64,000 bases of DNA, from NCBI GenBank assembly GCA_026417615.1, contig JAOACY010000033.1, positions 464 to 64,463 on the forward strand, written 5' to 3'. How positions within the stretch are numbered: position 1 is the first letter of the stretch; the number at the start of each line of letters is the position of its first letter. The stretch is from Clostridia bacterium. GTDB taxonomy: Bacteria > Bacillota > Clostridia > Acetivibrionales > JAFADI01. Shown here piece by piece: positions 1 to 9,985 of this stretch. The notes under the pieces are model-generated. The model made no database searches, was not told the DNA's origin, and was given only the letters and a program-made list of their open reading frames with translations. The translations under genes and the position numbers were made by a program.

Positions 1-3000
1 TCCTGGCGTGATATCTCCTTTTGAGGAGCGAATTTGTTGCCGCCGACACCACTGGAAATACTCAGGCGCTTAGCTGCAGAGATATAAGCAGATGCATAGT
101 TGTTGCCAACATCGTCAAAGCTGTTTTGTGCTATAGCGTCAGGAGCAATACAGTATGCCTTCATGAGCATAACAAGGAATTGCTCGCGTGTAAGCCTTTG
201 CGAAGGACTGAAGTTTCCATTGCCAGTGCCTGTGGATATTCCTCTGGAAGCAATGAAACCGACAGCTTTTGAATACCACGCATCAGGCTGTACATCATTA
301 AAGGTGGCTTTGTTGTAAGCTACTGCATATACCGAGAAATGGCTTAATACAGCCTCTATACACTTTGTGTTTTTATTGTACAAGCTGCGTACAGACTCTG
401 TTTTACCTGTATTTGAAATGTGCAGCAACACTATTGAGTCAGGATCTTCTCCCGCTTTAAGGTTGTAAGGAATACTTACAAATGCTTTTCCTCCATTAAA
501 GCTGCTTACTTTATTGCCTTCATTATTAACGCTAAGTTCAAAGACGGGACGGTCTCCAACAATTTTCTTGACCTCTTGCTCAAGCGTTTCCGGCTTCAAA
601 GCGGTAACAAAAAGGTTAACCTCGCCTTTATTTCCTGCCTGGCTGATGGAAGCCACAGCCTGCTTATCAAAGGTTATGGCAGCAAACCCGGTGTCAATAG
701 TAACTCTGGTGCTGTTGGTTTTTGCAGCCTCTATAAACGCAGTAGATGGAAGAGACACGACAACCGACTTTGCACCTTTGGGGGCTGGAGCATTGATTTT
801 TATTGCAGCAGCAGAAGCAACAGCCTGCTGCACAAGTGCATTCACATCTTCCGCAGGAACCGCAGCCCTTGCAACACCATCCGCACCCAATTGGGGTGTT
901 AATTCCTTTGTGCCTGGATTGGCAACAGGAGAAATACCTGTGGTTTTGGTATTATCGCTGCCTTTCGTGTCATTGCTGTCTTGAGTTACGGGCTTTTCCA
1001 CAAGCACAATCTCTCCTCTGTCTCTGACACGTATGCGAGGCAGGAACTGCGTTGTTGATGTAAAGTTTTCGCCTATGGACCCAAGTCCCGTTACCGAAAT
1101 GGTAGCACCTGCAGTTACATGTGAAAGGCTCTTTGAAGGTGTAATGTATGCATTGATATAAACAATAACAGGTCCTGAGCCATCGTCTATTGTAATCTCG
1201 TTTACAGTTCCGTTTGGTTCTGTCACGACACGCTTTACAACACCGGTCGTTTTGATGAGTGTTCCTGTATTGGCAGCATCAGTTGCATTCTTTGTGGAAA
1301 CCACTTTAGGTGCTATTGGAGTAATGCTTTGATCCAGTACTCTGATGCTTCTTACACAAAGCTGCGTCTCACCCTGGTAGGAGCTTACAACTCCTGTTAC
1401 TCTGATTTTCTGTCCTGCTTTTACTCCGCTGGAAACCGGGAACAGGTTAATACCACCTGTAGCATCCTGCACATATATTGAATCAAAGAAACCTGTGTTG
1501 TTATTGCTAGAGCCGTCATATACCCCGACAGAAGCAATACCTTCAATTGTAAACTCTGAACCTTGCGCTGCCTTTATATCTGCAATCGGTGTTATGCTTA
1601 CATTTTCTATGCTTGCCAGCAGGTTGCGGACGATATTTTCATTGCTGTAAGCATCGGCAGGGTTGTCTGGTGCTGTGTTTTTGATTTCAAAGTTGCTCAT
1701 GAATGCTCCGCCGGAAAGTATGACTTTTGCGGTAATTCCATTACCATAAGATACTGTTTCTGACGCTGTGAGCAGCACCTTGCCCGCACCTTTGCCTGCA
1801 TCAGGGCTGTTTCCGTACCTAGGTGGCTTGGCGGTCTTATCGGCAAAACCAAAGCCGTCCTTATCGTCATCGCTTGAATAGGTCGTGCTATGCCCGCTAA
1901 TAACGGGGATAACACTGCCAGGCAGAGCTATAGCCGGAGTACCGTCGGAATTTACCGCATATACAGTACATCCTCCGTAGTGGCTGAATACCTGTCCTTC
2001 AATAATCCCCTCCAGCAGCGGGCTGACCTTGCCGTTATAATCGTCAAGATAAAGTCTGTGAGGCTGTCCTCCATTTTTGGAATCGTCTTTTGCCTCGTCG
2101 TCTGAAAGCCTCAGTGATGAGCCTATAGCTTGCAACAGCTTGTTCTGCTGTGCTGCCATATGATGCTCCTGGTCTTTTGTAACATAACTATATGATTCGT
2201 AATAATCTCCCCAACCTGTTATAACCACTGTTTTTCCCTGCCTTGCAAAGGCTGCAATGGCATCCAGTTCAGCCTGGCTGTAACTCTTGTGGGTAATTCC
2301 CGTAGCCGGGTCCAGCCTTCTTGTGGGAGCGGTAATAATAAACATCTGGTACTTGGGGTCAGCAGCAGCCGCAATGAACTCCTCTGATGTTCTGACAATA
2401 ACGGTACGAAGTCCGTATTGCATTGCAATTGTGCTGAAATTGCCCATGCTGTCCTTGTAGTTTCCTGCCACATATTCATTGAGGTGTGAGGCATCTATGG
2501 CAATGAATTTGAGCTTATTTATATCTTTAACATTCAGGTCAATCTCTCTAGTAAAGGTTTTAACCGTACCGTTAACCGTAATTTTAGCTGTCACAAGTAT
2601 GGTTGTTTTTTGAGCTTGAGCAGGTGTAAAGCTTTGTATGTCCTTTAAACCGGATGACGCTGCAATCGAGGTATTGAGCGCTTTGTCTTCAATGACCGCA
2701 CCGCCTTTTATCTCATACTTGATTGAGTTTAGTGTCACAGCCTGTGTTTCATTGTTGAATATCTCTGTGGTTATTGTCATTGGTTCTGTGGTGACAGGTG
2801 TGCTTGTGCTGGCGGTAACCTCGCTTATGCCAACCGAGTCACCTTTACCAAGCCAAACCGGAGCAGTTACCGCTATTCGTCCGTCCTGCTGAACTACTTT
2901 AATATAATAGTACCCCGCCTTTGGAGATGGCATAACATAATCAAGTGTTGCATCTTTTGTGTTGAAGGTTTGCTTATAAGCCTCAACACCACCGTTGGTT

Positions 3001-6000
3001 ATTATGGAAATAGACTTGACCTTGTTGCTGCCAGACATGTTTCTGGCGTCTACCCTGAAGGCAGCACTTGTTGGTACAGTGTTTATTATAGTTCCCAGTT
3101 TTTCTCCGTTTAAGGTGTATATAATATCAAGGTTGGCATCTTCTGTAGCATAAACACGCATTTCTTTCAAAGCCTGATATATCCCCTCTGTTGTGAAATC
3201 ATTGGTGTACACAACGGTACGGGCTGTGTTGGCATTACCCCACTTAGCCTTATGGTTGTCCTGATTGTTGGTGGGAGCCAGGTGCCAGCCTTTGTCCAGG
3301 GCCATGTCATACTGCTCGTATGACGGGAAATAGCCTCCGCTTCCTATTGCACCTTCACCGTTTCCAACTTCAATAAGAGTGATTCGTTCATCAACGATGG
3401 GGTCATAATATGCAAACCCGCTGAAATTTCCGAAAGTTGTACCCGGATGGTTAAACTGCGATATGGATTCGGGGTGAAGCTTCAATAAATTGTAGTATGC
3501 CTTAAGACCTGCATCGTTTGTCTTGTTATTAAGTTCCGTATTGTTTCTGCTTACAAAGCCCTCAGTAGCAAAGGTGTTTATATGACCGGGACCGCCTGAC
3601 CATGTCATCTCAAAGCCATAAAAGCTTACAAACTTTCCGGGTACGGCGGCAGAGGCAGCAGCATTCTTTCCAGCCTGCCACCTTGCATTGCCGCTGTTAT
3701 AAGCGCCCAAATTGTAGGTTCCGGCTTTGTCTCCCGCAGGTGCTGTGTCAAAGGAGTTACTGTGGTCTGTTACGGCGAAGAAGTCAAGCTTTGCATTGTC
3801 ACGGGCCCACGCAAAAGCTTCCTCCAGTGTTCCTGCTCCGTCCGAGTTGGTTGTATGGGAGTGAATCTGCCCGAAGTAGTTTCTCTCTCCTCCCGTAGCC
3901 TTTTGTGCTGTGTAATTAAAGGTCACTGAGTCGCTGCTTATATAATTCTGCTTTGAGGCACAGGCTGTAATTCTCACTGGGAACATTTCCTCCGACAGAG
4001 CAATCGGAGATGTATAAGTTGCTTCAGGCATTACTGTCTCATTAGGTGTTCCTGCTTTTTTTGCAAGTATATATTTAATGGTGGCATCAGCCGGTGCAGC
4101 GGTCAGCGTTATAACTGAGTTTGAGGGAATGGCCCCTGCTGTATGGGAAGAAGCTACAGGGCTGATTTTGGCCTGAGTAAATGTGAAGGTTTTGACCCGG
4201 CTGTCATACATACCGGATTTTACTGCCTTTACATTCAGCGTTGCAGGGAGCGTATTCATTATAACCTGACCATTTTCTGCAGTTGTATATGTATTACCCC
4301 CATCGGTGCTGTATTTTATTAACGCTCCGGAAGTAGCGCTGGAAAAAGTTACTGCGGATTGCAGCGGGATCCCGCCGCCCGTTACGCTGGCAGTCACTGC
4401 ACGCACCTGGTTGTCTCCCACAAGGTATGCACCGTTTAAAATGATATTGTTTATCTGGTGTGTACCTCCAGAACCTACGGTAGCGCCTCCAGCAGAATCA
4501 TTGGAGGTCATAATCCACCTTATGTATAGGGTTTCCTTATTCTCAGCTCCATTTGGCAAGCTTGCAGAGAACAAATTAGTATCTGCTGTGATACTTCCTG
4601 CATTTGGAACCGCAATGGATGAGTTCGGTACATCCGTCCACGTGGTGCTGTCCAAGCTGTATTGCACTTTAAAATTCTTTGGTCCAGTGCTGGATGAGCG
4701 CATGCGCCAGAAAAGGCTTAAATCAGACATTCCCTTTGTTGAGGTCTGTATCCTCCAGTATTTTGTGTTGGCGCCATTATCCCATCCGGTGCAGTTAGCA
4801 CCGCCAGAAGCGAAATTTAATGCAGGATTGCTTGTTCCAAACCAGCAGCTTAGGCCAGACATGGATGAGTAGTCTCCGCCCGTAGCTGAAATAGGCTGCG
4901 TGAAGCTGCCACCTGAACTCAGTTCCCATTTTGCCGCCGTACCTGTATCTCCGTCCTTTTCATAGGTCTGTGTTCCTGAACTGAATGACCAAGTGCTTAC
5001 AGTCTGGTTGCCTGCAGTGTCAGACACTCTCAATTCCACCAGGTGGCTTGTCCTTGAAAGGTCTGAAGAGGGAATGCAGGTAATGCCGCCTGCCGTAACG
5101 GTGGCAGCAGCTGTTACATCAGTTCCGTCTAGAAATAATTTTACGCTGCCTGTGTTTATGCCTGAAGGGTCGCTGTAGCTTGCGCTTATGGAAGGCCTTA
5201 GGTTGCTTTCGGTGGAGGAACCGTTTGCAGGTGTAATGTTTGCAACCACAGGACCTGTTATGTCGGCGGCAGATATTGCCACGCTGTACGGTACCTCTTT
5301 ATTTGCAGGCAAGGTAACTATGTTCGTCCCGTCGCTGGTTTCAATATAGTATTGAAGGCCAGCTGTACTCAGAGCACTTTTAGGAACAGTAGCCGTATAA
5401 GTACTGCCTGTGAGTTTTGTCATTGATATTGCTGTATAGCCGGTTTGTCCGGTGGTTCTGTAATAGACTTTCTGATAAACAGATTTCCTGTTGTCAGTAA
5501 TGGAAGCCGTTACCACAATATCAACATCAGTATTTCCCGAGGTGATTGCCGTATGGGTAATGACCGGAGGCTCGGTGTCAGGCCCCAGGTCTGTTAAAAC
5601 CACATCGGCAGCCGACCGTACCCTCAGCTGGAAAGCATTATAGCGCGATACGATAGCTGTTATATCAACGGTATCACCTTCACTAATGCCAGTAAGGGAC
5701 GGTATTTTGTAAATATTGATTGTATTGCTTAATGAATCTGATACAGGTGTATTGCCTCCTGTGTTGATTGGCCCCAGAGTCAAATTCTTGAGTTTGACCA
5801 GCTGGCTTTCAACATCAGAATTAATCTCAGGAAGTGTTATCAGTCTTGCAGGCGGCAGCGGATTGCCTTTGCTTAAAACTGCCACATCGCTAGCGTTTAC
5901 CGGTACGACTTCCAAAAGCTCATTATATTTAGCGATTTTACCTGTGACACTGACATGATCACCTACCATAAGTGACAATCCGCTTTTATATAAGTCAATT

Positions 6001-7043
6001 GCAGCTGTGCTATCCTGTATATAGTAGTTGCTGCCATCTATGTAGGTCACGATTCCTGCTACAGTTACCACGGTGTCGACCGGATAAGTCCTCGCTGTTG
6101 CAATGCTTATCGGATTTTTTACTGTAATCCTGCAGCTTGAGGTTATGTCAGAAGGATATGTAGCCGTTTGTCCCTCGGCGTTTGTTGCTTTTATGTAATA
6201 GTACAGATCTCCTGCCGGAGGGTTGGCGATAACAGCTTCAAAGCTGCTGCCTGTGGTGTTGCTCATAGGGACAAAATTAGAAAAAGTATTTCCGTCCGCG
6301 CCGCTTCCGTAATAAACAGCAGCGGTAACGGTGCTTGTGCTTGTTATTTGTGCCGGGATGAGTATATCGGAATTGGTTATTCCTGCAGTGACAGGCGTAT
6401 GGGTTATATCAGGGCCTGCTGACCCTCCGCCCATAGCCATCCCTGTGATGCTTATAGCTGCAAGTCTGCTGTTGCCTGTGCTGGCAACTGTCCCACCGTT
6501 TTGGGAGGTATTGGAAGTCATAATGAGCCTTATTTTAAGATCAGACTGGTTATCCGAAGCAGAGGGAAGGGCTACTGCATCCCATGTAGGCGCTCCAGGC
6601 AGCGCAGAAGTCAGCTGACGAGCACTGCCTGCAACACTGGTCCATATTGCTCCATCCGTGCTGTACCTTATTTCAAAATCCCTTGGACCTGTGCTTGTTG
6701 AATAAGCCTTGGCACTAAAGGCAATACCGGAGTAGCCTGTAGTGGATACGGAAAACTCCCAGTATTTGGAATTAGCGCCATTATCCCAGCCGTTCGTGTA
6801 TATTGTGCTGTTGGATGAAGTATAACTTGGAGTATTGCCCATTTTGTTTGTCAGAGAAGCTCCTGAGCTCTGTGCCCCTCCTGTAGCGAGTATTGATGCA
6901 CTTGCCGGTGCTGAAGTGAAATTCCATTCTGCAATGGAAACCGGACTGCCGGCATATCCCGGCAGGGAAACCATAAACAAGTTCATTATCATCAATACAA
7001 CAATAAATATTGATAAATTCCTTTTGATTTTAACCTCTTTCAA
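1..7043 (-). CDS. Giant secreted SLH-anchored multidomain surface protein with a central PHP-type metallophosphoesterase domain (3' end runs off the window; >2,340 codons visible)
   Basis: My own minus-strand translation reads without a stop from TTG at 7043 (RBS GAGGGGG 6 nt upstream) to position 1. It is absent from the ORF track only because it has no in-window stop. Signal peptide MKEVKIKRNLSIFIVVLMIMNLFMVSLPGYAG. PHP motif FGQIHSHTTNSDGAG...FFAVTDHSN encoded near 3790-3870. OB-fold-like modules VTVAGIVTYIDGSNYYIQDSTAAIDLY (about 6000-6080) and FFDSIYVQDATGGINLFP (about 1455-1500). SLH repeat FNDVQPDAWYSKAVGFIASRGISTGTG (about 200-310). Confidence 0.8.
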   Translation of the reverse strand, partial: MKEVKIKRNLSIFIVVLMIMNLFMVSLPGYAGSPVSIAEWNFTSAPASASILATGGAQSSGASLTNKMGNTPSYTSSNSTIYTNGWDNGANSKYWEFSVSTTGYSGIAFSAKAYSTSTGPRDFEIRYSTDGAIWTSVAGSARQLTSALPGAPTWDAVALPSASDNQSDLKIRLIMTSNTSQNGGTVASTGNSRLAAISITGMAMGGGSAGPDITHTPVTAGITNSDILIPAQITSTSTVTAAVYYGSGADGNTFSNFVPMSNTTGSSFEAVIANPPAGDLYYYIKATNAEGQTATYPSDITSSCRITVKNPISIATARTYPVDTVVTVAGIVTYIDGSNYYIQDSTAAIDLYKSGLSLMVGDHVSVTGKIAKYNELLEVVPVNASDVAVLSKGNPLPPARLITLPEINSDVESQLVKLKNLTLGPINTGGNTPVSDSLSNTINIYKIPSLTGISEGDTVDITAIVSRYNAFQLRVRSAADVVLTDLGPDTEPPVITHTAITSGNTDVDIVVTASITDNRKSVYQKVYYRTTGQTGYTAISMTKLTGSTYTATVPKSALSTAGLQYYIETSDGTNIVTLPANKEVPYSVAISAADITGPVVANITPANGSSTESNLRPSISASYSDPSGINTGSVKLFLDGTDVTAAATVTAGGITCIPSSDLSRTSHLVELRVSDTAGNQTVSTWSFSSGTQTYEKDGDTGTAAKWELSSGGSFTQPISATGGDYSSMSGLSCWFGTSNPALNFASGGANCTGWDNGANTKYWRIQTSTKGMSDLSLFWRMRSSSTGPKNFKVQYSLDSTTWTDVPNSSIAVPNAGSITADTNLFSASLPNGAENKETLYIRWIMTSNDSAGGATVGSGGTHQINNIILNGAYLVGDNQVRAVTASVTGGGIPLQSAVTFSSATSGALIKYSTDGGNTYTTAENGQVIMNTLPATLNVKAVKSGMYDSRVKTFTFTQAKISPVASSHTAGAIPSNSVITLTAAPADATIKYILAKKAGTPNETVMPEATYTSPIALSEEMFPVRITACASKQNYISSDSVTFNYTAQKATGGERNYFGQIHSHTTNSDGAGTLEEAFAWARDNAKLDFFAVTDHSNSFDTAPAGDKAGTYNLGAYNSGNARWQAGKNAAASAAVPGKFVSFYGFEMTWSGGPGHINTFATEGFVSRNNTELNNKTNDAGLKAYYNLLKLHPESISQFNHPGTTFGNFSGFAYYDPIVDERITLIEVGNGEGAIGSGGYFPSYEQYDMALDKGWHLAPTNNQDNHKAKWGNANTARTVVYTNDFTTEGIYQALKEMRVYATEDANLDIIYTLNGEKLGTIINTVPTSAAFRVDARNMSGSNKVKSISIITNGGVEAYKQTFNTKDATLDYVMPSPKAGYYYIKVVQQDGRIAVTAPVWLGKGDSVGISEVTASTSTPVTTEPMTITTEIFNNETQAVTLNSIKYEIKGGAVIEDKALNTSIAASSGLKDIQSFTPAQAQKTTILVTAKITVNGTVKTFTREIDLNVKDINKLKFIAIDASHLNEYVAGNYKDSMGNFSTIAMQYGLRTVIVRTSEEFIAAAADPKYQMFIITAPTRRLDPATGITHKSYSQAELDAIAAFARQGKTVVITGWGDYYESYSYVTKDQEHHMAAQQNKLLQAIGSSLRLSDDEAKDDSKNGGQPHRLYLDDYNGKVSPLLEGIIEGQVFSHYGGCTVYAVNSDGTPAIALPGSVIPVISGHSTTYSSDDDKDGFGFADKTAKPPRYGNSPDAGKGAGKVLLTASETVSYGNGITAKVILSGGAFMSNFEIKNTAPDNPADAYSNENIVRNLLASIENVSITPIADIKAAQGSEFTIEGIASVGVYDGSSNNNTGFFDSIYVQDATGGINLFPVSSGVKAGQKIRVTGVVSSYQGETQLCVRSIRVLDQSITPIAPKVVSTKNATDAANTGTLIKTTGVVKRVVTEPNGTVNEITIDDGSGPVIVYINAYITPSKSLSHVTAGATISVTGLGSIGENFTSTTQFLPRIRVRDRGEIVLVEKPVTQDSNDTKGSDNTKTTGISPVANPGTKELTPQLGADGVARAAVPAEDVNALVQQAVASAAAIKINAPAPKGAKSVVVSLPSTAFIEAAKTNSTRVTIDTGFAAITFDKQAVASISQAGNKGEVNLFVTALKPETLEQEVKKIVGDRPVFELSVNNEGNKVSSFNGGKAFVSIPYNLKAGEDPDSIVLLHISNTGKTESVRSLYNKNTKCIEAVLSHFSVYAVAYNKATFNDVQPDAWYSKAVGFIASRGISTGTGNGNFSPSQRLTREQFLVMLMKAYCIAPDAIAQNSFDDVGNNYASAYISAAKRLSISSGVGGNKFAPQKEISRQ

Positions 7044-7295
7044 AATAATCCCCCTCTCTGTAATCTAAAAACACAGCCTGCTGATTTTCCGCCCATATCA
7101 GATAAAAATATATATGGCAAAAGCTATGTGACGATAAGCGATTTTATATTACATTATTTAAATGCGGTTTGCTATAATGTTAAGTTTTAGTAAAAATTCT
7201 GTGTGACAGGGGACGGTTCTTTGTCACTCCTTTTCCATTACGACCTTCTGTTTGCAGAAATCATCCTGAATAATACTGCTTTGTCTTTAGACGAC

Positions 7296-7328
7296 AAAAA
7301 GCAGGATACCTTTGGTAATCCTGCTTTT
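7296..7328 (-). terminator. Rho-independent terminator downstream of ssrA (bidirectional shape)
   Basis: AAAAA-GCAGGAT-acctttggta-ATCCTGC-TTTT: a 7-bp GC-containing stem flanked by an A-run and a T-run, about 30 nt past the tmRNA 3' end. Confidence 0.6.
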
Positions 7329-7356
7329 GATGTCTCCACATTGGACGTGGATTATT

Positions 7357-7737
7357 TGGTGGAGGCGAGGGGAGTCGAACCCCTGTCCGAAACCATATCC
7401 ACAAGAACTTCTCCGGGTGCAGCCATCATTTTTCCATTCCCTCCATGCAACGCCCAATGGCAGGCTGTGCACTTCAGTAGCCTTTTAGTTCCGGTTCGGG
7501 TCAAGGCTAAGGCCAAACCAGTTCTAGAGTTTGACCTTCCTACTCAAAAGGGCTGACTTGTCGACGCCCGGGCCCCCAGGTGCAGCAACCTGGGCCGAAC
7601 GTTCACGGCATTAAGCCGCGAAAGCTAAAGTATTTTCTTCAGCGTTTAATTTTAGTTTCTCGTTTTTTAAGAGGCCCACGAGAATCCTCTACCCGCTATC
7701 CAAGTCTCAACGATCCCGTCGAAACCAATACGCCCCC
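7357..7737 (-). ncRNA. ssrA: tmRNA (transfer-messenger RNA)
   Basis: The reverse complement starts GGGGGCGTATTGGTTTCGACGGG and ends GGGGTTCGACTCCCCTCGCCTCCACCA (tRNA-Ala-like acceptor/T-arm with CCA). Internal tag frame is GCT GAA GAA AAT ACT TTA GCT TTC GCG GCT TAA. It lies immediately downstream of smpB. Confidence 0.9.
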
Positions 7738-7819
7738 ATGTAAATCAGAGGTCAGAAAACAGAAATCAGAGATCAGGTATAACCAACCAATACATTGCTG
7801 TTTTCTGATCCAAAAAAAT

Positions 7820-8284
7820 TTACCGGTAGCTTTCTTTCAATTTTCTGTCTATTTCGCGTTTTGCGTCGCGCTCAGCAATGTCGTCACGCTTGTCGTAAAG
7901 CTTCTTGCCTTTTCCTACACCAAGCTCTATTTTCACCTTGCCGCGCTTGAGATATACCTGCAGCGGTACAAGGGTAAGCCCCTTCTGCTGAACCAGACCC
8001 ACAAGCCTGTTTATTTCGTATCTGTGGAGCAGAAGCTTTCTATCCCTCAAAGGATCTTTGTTGAATATGCTTCCCTGCTCGTAAGGGCTTATATGCATCC
8101 CGTACAGAATAACCTCGCCATGTTCTATCGCAGCATAGCTGTCCTTGAGGTTTACCTTGCCCTGCCTTACGGACTTGACTTCGGTACCCGAAAGCACTAT
8201 CCCCGCTTCCAGAGTCTGCTCAATGAAGTAATCATGCCTTGCTTTTTTGTTTTGTGATACTACCTTAATTCCTTCCTTACTCAT
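7820..8284 (-). CDS. smpB: SsrA-binding protein SmpB
   Basis: Track ORF 7820..8326. The translation ...[37 protein letters not shown]... is a typical SmpB. I prefer the internal ATG at 8284 (MSKEGIK), because the 14 extra N-terminal residues are not SmpB-like. Confidence 0.9.
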   Translation of the reverse strand: MSKEGIKVVSQNKKARHDYFIEQTLEAGIVLSGTEVKSVRQGKVNLKDSYAAIEHGEVILYGMHISPYEQGSIFNKDPLRDRKLLLHRYEINRLVGLVQQKGLTLVPLQVYLKRGKVKIELGVGKGKKLYDKRDDIAERDAKREIDRKLKESYR

Positions 8285-8456
8285 TATATTACCGCCCGGT
8301 GTAGTAGTTGCAGCATATTCAGACAAAAATAACCCTTCCGTAGAAAGGGTGTTACTAATGATTTTTATTGCAACAAAGTAATATTATACTACTTTATGAT
8401 GAAAAGTCAAGCAGCAGAATTTGCAATTTTCAGTCAGCATATTTTGGTTTTCTATT

Positions 8457-9302
8457 TTACATATAATCTTTAATCTTTTTAAGAAGATCATAAGTTACTT
8501 CCAGATTCCCCCGGCCTTTGCCTATTTCAATATCCGGCTTATAGCTCCCATGGAAGTCGCTTCCTCCGGTAACAAGGAGCTTGTGCTTTATGGCAAGTCT
8601 TAAGAGATTTCCGGTTTCCTCCTTCGTATTGTCAACATAAATAGCTTCAATGCCTTTAAGTCCAACCTGCGCCAATTCACCGAGAAGTTTGTCCAATGCT
8701 TCAAGACTGTGGCCGAGATATATGGGATGAGCCAGTACTGGTACTCCACCAGCTTTTAGTATTTCCTTTATGCCTTCTTCCGGAGTCAGCCTCTCTTTTT
8801 TAAAATAAGCAGGCTTTCCGCATCCAAGCAGTCTGTCAAAAGCATCTTCAACACTGGACACATAGCCCTTGGCGAGCAATACCTTGGCGATATGAGGGCG
8901 TCCCACTATACCCTTGCCTGCTTCGGCTTCAACCTCCTTCATGGTTATGTCAAAGCCCATTTCATTAAGTTTATCAATTATCCTTGGATTTCGGAGCTGC
9001 CTGCTTTCTCTCAACAGGTCAAGCACTGTTTCTATACGTTTATAAGCTTGTTCCGGGAAATATCCAAGGATATGCATTTCCGGCTTGAAATCTACGCTTA
9101 TCTCCAACCCAGGTATTACTTCAATCCCAATGCGTTTTCCTTCAGCAAGAGCTTCTTCAACTCCGTCCACCGAATCATGGTCTGTAAGGGCAAGAGCCAC
9201 AAGCCCCGCCGACTTTGCATGCCTTACCAGTTCAGAAGGAGTCATGCTCCCATCTGATATTGTACTGTGTGTATGTAAATCAATCAATCCGTTCACTGTC
9301 AC
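8457..9302 (-). CDS. PHP-domain phosphoesterase (TrpH/YciV-like)
   Basis: N-terminal DLHTHSTISDGS and LALTDHDSVDG motifs, typical of PHP family metal-dependent phosphoesterases; 281 aa. Confidence 0.85.
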   Translation of the reverse strand: MTVNGLIDLHTHSTISDGSMTPSELVRHAKSAGLVALALTDHDSVDGVEEALAEGKRIGIEVIPGLEISVDFKPEMHILGYFPEQAYKRIETVLDLLRESRQLRNPRIIDKLNEMGFDITMKEVEAEAGKGIVGRPHIAKVLLAKGYVSSVEDAFDRLLGCGKPAYFKKERLTPEEGIKEILKAGGVPVLAHPIYLGHSLEALDKLLGELAQVGLKGIEAIYVDNTKEETGNLLRLAIKHKLLVTGGSDFHGSYKPDIEIGKGRGNLEVTYDLLKKIKDYM

Positions 9303-9343
9303 AGCATCCTCTTTAATTCAATATGAAATATAGATATTAATGT

Positions 9344-9829
9344 TCAAACATTAAAAAAATCTTTCTCCTGCCTGCATACATCAGGAGGAAAGCTTCCTGA
9401 ATAAATAGATTTAAGCAAATGGTCAAGCTTTCTTAATGAGGAGCAGGCCTGTGAGCTGGTAATCAGACCGGCTTCAAGAGCATCCGCCAGTTCATCTGCA
9501 TCCAGTACCTTCATGCTACCATCAGGCATCAGCTTGACGTCAACCAGTAAATCCTTAAGCGTATAAGTATCGCTTTGCTCATCATGCTCAACCTCTATTA
9601 TATCGCAGTACCAATAGAGGAAGCTCCCCTTTTCATCATAAAATCTGCTTATTTTAATACCGTCCTTCAAAAATGTATATGAAATACCTTTTGAAAAATC
9701 CGACCTGGGCTTTATAGCCTTCCAGCTTGTCACCAAAAGGCTTTCATCCCTAAAAAGCAGATTATCGCTGGATATGTCAACTGTTTCAGCAGGAATGTAT
9801 CTGATTCTGAGAATAGTTGGCTTTTTCAT
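9344..9829 (-). CDS. DUF402-family protein (putative nucleoside di/triphosphatase-like)
   Basis: 161 aa. The central FLYWYCDIIEV...LKDLLVDVKLMPDGSMKVLDADELADAL resembles the DUF402 core. Assigned from memory of the family pattern. Confidence 0.55.
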   Translation of the reverse strand: MKKPTILRIRYIPAETVDISSDNLLFRDESLLVTSWKAIKPRSDFSKGISYTFLKDGIKISRFYDEKGSFLYWYCDIIEVEHDEQSDTYTLKDLLVDVKLMPDGSMKVLDADELADALEAGLITSSQACSSLRKLDHLLKSIYSGSFPPDVCRQEKDFFNV

Positions 9830-9985
9830 AGCTCCTCCAAAGCTTTTATTTATATTTAATGCAATAGTTAATATAGATTATACAATACCTTTGATTTTTT
9901 TCAACAACATATTATTTCCCATATTATTCCATAGAATGATTATAAGTGCTATAATATCCTTGCACACTTTATCAGGGAGGATAAA

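Noticed and set aside
514-6701. Numerous plus-strand track ORFs (for example 514..984, 3602..3898, 4306..4872, 6331..6618).
   Set aside because: They are antisense shadows of the single uninterrupted minus-strand ORF 1..7043. They have low-complexity Ser/Pro/Ala-rich translations and no RBS.
7760-7770. The exact 11-mer CAGAAATCAGA is shared between the region upstream of tmRNA and the tRNA-Glu/Asp spacer (28981-28991). I considered it as a stable-RNA processing or promoter motif.
   Set aside because: Hundreds of shared 11-mers are expected by chance between positions in a 64-kb window, and there is no extended similarity around it.
7203-8257. Track ORFs 7203..7556 (+) and 7580..8257 (+).
   Set aside because: They overlap the tmRNA gene and run antisense to smpB, so they are explained by those features.
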